This document shows positions 61,612-64,000 of a DNA stretch of 64,000 nt, piece after piece. Each line of letters begins with the position of its first letter. The first letter of the stretch is position 1. Source of the DNA: a virus. The position numbers were made by a program, and so were the translations under genes. The stretch lies in UHGV virus genome UHGV-0054069. The stretch is one strand, 5' to 3'. The notes beneath the pieces are model-generated. The model saw only the letters and a list, made by a program, of their open reading frames with translations. It made no database searches and was not told the DNA's origin.

Positions 61612-61804
61612 TTTCTGCAAGAGTTGTTCTATTGAAATGTTTGGACGTGATACAGGAGACTTGAAAGGTCTTATCACTGAAGATGATTTCAAAGCTGGTT
61701 ATGCTATGCCAACACTCTGTGAAGGTTGTGGTGGAATCTGGGTAGACCATGAAGGGCAACGTGTAAAACCTTCTGAAGATAAAGAATCATGGGAGAAATG
61801 GTAA
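61604..61804 (+). CDS. zinc-ribbon protein
   Basis: CKSC ... CEGCGG Cys4 arrangement; 66 aa; stop abuts macrodomain gene start. Confidence 0.45.
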   Translation: MADFCKSCSIEMFGRDTGDLKGLITEDDFKAGYAMPTLCEGCGGIWVDHEGQRVKPSEDKESWEKW

Positions 61805-61805
61805 C

Positions 61806-62600
61806 ATGGGCATTGTAAAAATCATTAAAGGTGATATCTTTGAAGCCTTTGATAACCAGAAGTTTGATATCATTGGTCACGGATGCAACTGCATGAACTT
61901 GATGGGTGCAGGGATTGCAGCGACGATTGCAAAACGTTATCCAAAAGCTTATGAGACTGACGCTGAAGTTTATGAGACAGTTGGTGGTGAGAACCATAAA
62001 CCTGTACATCTTATGCTTGGCAATATCTCTGTAGCACGTTTCAAGCAGGGTCGAATTGCTAACCTATACACTCAGGTTATCACTGGTAAAGATGCACGTT
62101 ACAATGCCTTAGAAGCAGCTTTGCAGCGTCTTAATAACTACTGCAAAGTAAACCAGCTTAAGAAGGTTGGTCTTCCAATGATTTGTGCAGGGATTGGTGG
62201 TTTGGATATCTTTGCAGTTACTTCAATCATTAACCAGACAATGAAAGATGTAGACGTTTACCTTTATGTCTATGAAGAAACAATGCACAGACGACTAACC
62301 AATAACATAGTTGGTTGGAACAACTACAGTGAACCTCAACACTTTGATGGTGTCGCAGTTGTGAAGGATAATCAAGTTACACTACGGGTAAAACGGAAGG
62401 GTAAGGTGCATAAAAGTAACCCTCCGGTTGAGAAGTACTCTCTGAGTAACGCTCAAGTTACCCACCCGTTACACGACCACTGCTTGAGAGCAGTAACATT
62501 TGGGGACAATGCAAGTGTTTACCTTCTTGCACAAGACCATGAAGAAGCTGATAAGATTATCTCTGATAAACGTTTTAGCTTTGTTGAAGCACGTAACTAA
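61806..62600 (+). CDS. macrodomain protein (TARG1/DarG-like ADP-ribose hydrolase fold) with unknown C-terminal domain
   Basis: KGDIF, HGCNCMNLMGAGIA, catalytic-position Lys (RFKQG) and Asp in PMICAGIGGLD align with the TARG1 macrodomain pattern; 264 aa. Confidence 0.7.
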   Translation: MGIVKIIKGDIFEAFDNQKFDIIGHGCNCMNLMGAGIAATIAKRYPKAYETDAEVYETVGGENHKPVHLMLGNISVARFKQGRIANLYTQVITGKDARYNALEAALQRLNNYCKVNQLKKVGLPMICAGIGGLDIFAVTSIINQTMKDVDVYLYVYEETMHRRLTNNIVGWNNYSEPQHFDGVAVVKDNQVTLRVKRKGKVHKSNPPVEKYSLSNAQVTHPLHDHCLRAVTFGDNASVYLLAQDHEEADKIISDKRFSFVEARN

Positions 62601-62666
62601 GTAACTTTGTAAAGTATTCACAATAGAGTAAGCCTTTCTTGTTCTTGCAAACACAAGGTAAGGAGG

Positions 62667-62854
62667 GCTTTTTCATTTCAAAATCGTGCAGATAAAGGTC
62701 TATAAAGAAATCTGTAGAGTGAAATCAAAGTCAACTCCAAAGGGAAAATTCATTTTCAATTTGTGCAGGTGAACTCCAAAGAGCTTTTTCATTTCAAAAT
62801 TGTGCAGAGAAAAATCAGGTCGGGCAAGAAAATTCATTTTCAATTTGTGCAGGT
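62667..62854. repeat. array of four direct repeats of two alternating types in noncoding DNA
   Basis: Type A 26-mers at 62667-62692 and 62783-62808 (1 mismatch); type B identical 27-mers at 62744-62770 and 62828-62854; AACTCCAAAG at 62733 and 62772. Confidence 0.7.
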
Positions 62855-62870
62855 AGCCAGATATAGCCAG

Positions 62871-62906
62871 CCATCCCCACCACCCCCTCTTACTCCCCTT
62901 CCTCCC
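62871..62906 (+). repeat. G-free polypyrimidine (C-rich) tract
   Basis: 36 nt with no G on + strand, about two-thirds C, in an AT-rich genome. Confidence 0.6.
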
Positions 62907-63027
62907 AAAAGTCAAGAGAAAAATTTGTAGCGGATTAAAAAATAATTCTTGACTAGTTTTCTGTTTAGTGCTATGTGTACGCGCCCGTTTCATTCACAAC
63001 ATGCCAAAAATATTTTTAAAAATTTGC

Positions 63028-63056
63028 TTGACTCTAAAAAACCAGTCTTATAGTAT
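63028..63056 (+). promoter_or_regulatory. sigma70-type promoter
   Basis: TTGACT-N17-TAGTAT upstream of small-ORF cassette. Confidence 0.4.
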
Positions 63057-63080
63057 TTGCATCAACGGGAAGCAATCCCA

Positions 63081-63101
63081 ACAATCCTAAACTGGAGATT
63101 C
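63081..63101 (+). repeat. repeated 21-bp translation-initiation leader (second copy 63552-63572)
   Basis: ACAATCCTAAACTGGAGATTC identical at both sites, each just upstream of an ATG (63107, 63577). Confidence 0.6.
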
Positions 63102-63106
63102 AAAAA

Positions 63107-63313
63107 ATGTTATATCAACGGGAATTAATGATTGTCGATAATAACAAAACTAAAAAACGTCGCTTCTTTATGTTAATCTGTGACGTGTGGCAAAGAATAT
63201 CTGAAAAGGATTATGACAAGTATGTTGATACATCAATCAGGTCGGATTGTTATTTGACAAATCACACAAGACAGTTTACAAGACATACAGCAGTTTACTA
63301 CTATGACGTTTAA
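63107..63313 (+). CDS. hypothetical protein
   Basis: 68 aa ORF downstream of repeated leader. Confidence 0.4.
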   Translation: MLYQRELMIVDNNKTKKRRFFMLICDVWQRISEKDYDKYVDTSIRSDCYLTNHTRQFTRHTAVYYYDV

Positions 63314-63325
63314 AAGGGCTTGACA

Positions 63326-63487
63326 ATGATTAAAGAAGGCAATGTAATAAGCTACAAAGATTTAGACGGATACCCAAAAATTGGGAAAGTTTTCTACCTT
63401 TACAAGTCAGTGATGGATAATGACTGCATAGCCCTAACAAATGGCGACAAGATAACCATGAAAGATTTTATAAAAATTATTTCATAA
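63326..63487 (+). CDS. small hypothetical protein (53 aa)
   Basis: ATG at 63326 with upstream AAGGG; ends at repeated 3' element; below track size cutoff. Confidence 0.3.
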   Translation: MIKEGNVISYKDLDGYPKIGKVFYLYKSVMDNDCIALTNGDKITMKDFIKIIS

Positions 63488-63507
63488 AGTGCTTTACATG
63501 GGGTTTA
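63485..63507 (+). repeat. repeated 23-bp 3' element (second copy 63961-63983)
   Basis: TAAAGTGCTTTACATGGGGTTTA identical at both sites, each overlapping or abutting a stop codon. Confidence 0.6.
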
Positions 63508-63576
63508 AAAAGGTAGTATCTTAAGCCCCAGATAAAGAGCTTTACCACTAAACAATCCTAAACTGGAGATTCTAAA

Positions 63577-63960
63577 ATGAAAAAATATTATATGCCAAAA
63601 TTCATCAAGAAAGAAAACTTTCGTGATGCTCTGGAAAAATACATGAATGAGCAGTTCAAAGGTAAATTAATTGTTGTCCACGCATACAATTTTAAGTATG
63701 ATGTAAATGGAAACAAGACAAATCACTATACCGCTACGATGCTGGATGGTACACTCTCAGGTGAAAAAGCCATTATCAATGCACTGGCTGGACGTGGTAA
63801 AACGTTGATACGTTGTGATAAACGCCGATATCAGGGCAGTTCTTATGGTTATGAGGATGCAGTCTATCACCTTGATAACATGGGTTACAATGTCGAAAAA
63901 GCTGGCGTGTCTCAAATGATTGGTAGTGATGGATATGTGACAATTTTTAAAATTAACTAA
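63577..63960 (+). CDS. hypothetical protein
   Basis: 127 aa ORF flanked by repeated leader and repeated 3' element. Confidence 0.45.
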   Translation: MKKYYMPKFIKKENFRDALEKYMNEQFKGKLIVVHAYNFKYDVNGNKTNHYTATMLDGTLSGEKAIINALAGRGKTLIRCDKRRYQGSSYGYEDAVYHLDNMGYNVEKAGVSQMIGSDGYVTIFKIN

Positions 63961-64000
63961 TAAAGTGCTTTACATGGGGTTTATAGTTCAATAAGATAAG

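Noticed and set aside
62667-62854. CRISPR-like mini-array interpretation of the direct repeats
   Set aside because: Two different repeat types alternate, spacing is irregular and partly much longer than CRISPR spacers, and the repeats have no palindromic core; an iteron or regulatory array fits better.
62700-62993. 97-aa minus-strand ORF from the six-frame track with repeated HKLKMNF peptides
   Set aside because: Its internal repeats are the translation of the noncoding direct-repeat array and it also reads through the polypyrimidine tract; no RBS context. It is a repeat artefact, not a gene.

Overview
This window reads as about 64 kb of a virulent tailed-phage genome (roughly 39-40% GC by eye, tightly packed ORFs, no integrase or repressor-integrase module). 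Layout: (1) + strand structural module 1-22.6 kb: terminase large subunit (5' partial), portal, lambda-like head genes (S49 protease/scaffold, gpD-like decoration, major capsid), sheath/tube, tail chaperone with a -1 frameshift site, tape measure, baseplate, two tail fibers. (2) - strand early/replication block 23.3-32.9 kb: thymidylate synthase, DHFR, small unknowns, HTH regulator, signal-peptide protein, ATP-dependent DNA ligase, lipoprotein, family A DNA polymerase. (3) Divergent control region at about 32.9-33.2 kb. (4) + strand replication and nucleotide-metabolism block 33-54 kb: dNMP kinase, primase-helicase, SSB-like, FEN-type 5'-3' exonuclease, GIY-YIG and HNH endonuclease-like genes, aerobic NrdAB plus glutaredoxin, anaerobic NrdDG, PRPP synthetase and nicotinamide phosphoribosyltransferase. 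(5) 54-64 kb: rIIA/rIIB-like pair, signal-peptide lytic transglycosylase, overlapping spanin pair, a TARG1/DarG-type macrodomain protein, then a noncoding repeat array, a polypyrimidine tract, and repeat-flanked small-ORF cassettes. The gene content is reminiscent of Felix O1-like myoviruses, but that is from memory, not a search. The most interesting candidates for undescribed biology are the Zn-ribbon + macrodomain pair (61604-62600), the alternating direct-repeat array (62667-62854), and the NAD+ salvage pair. All calls rest on motif recognition and gene order; no database search was run.
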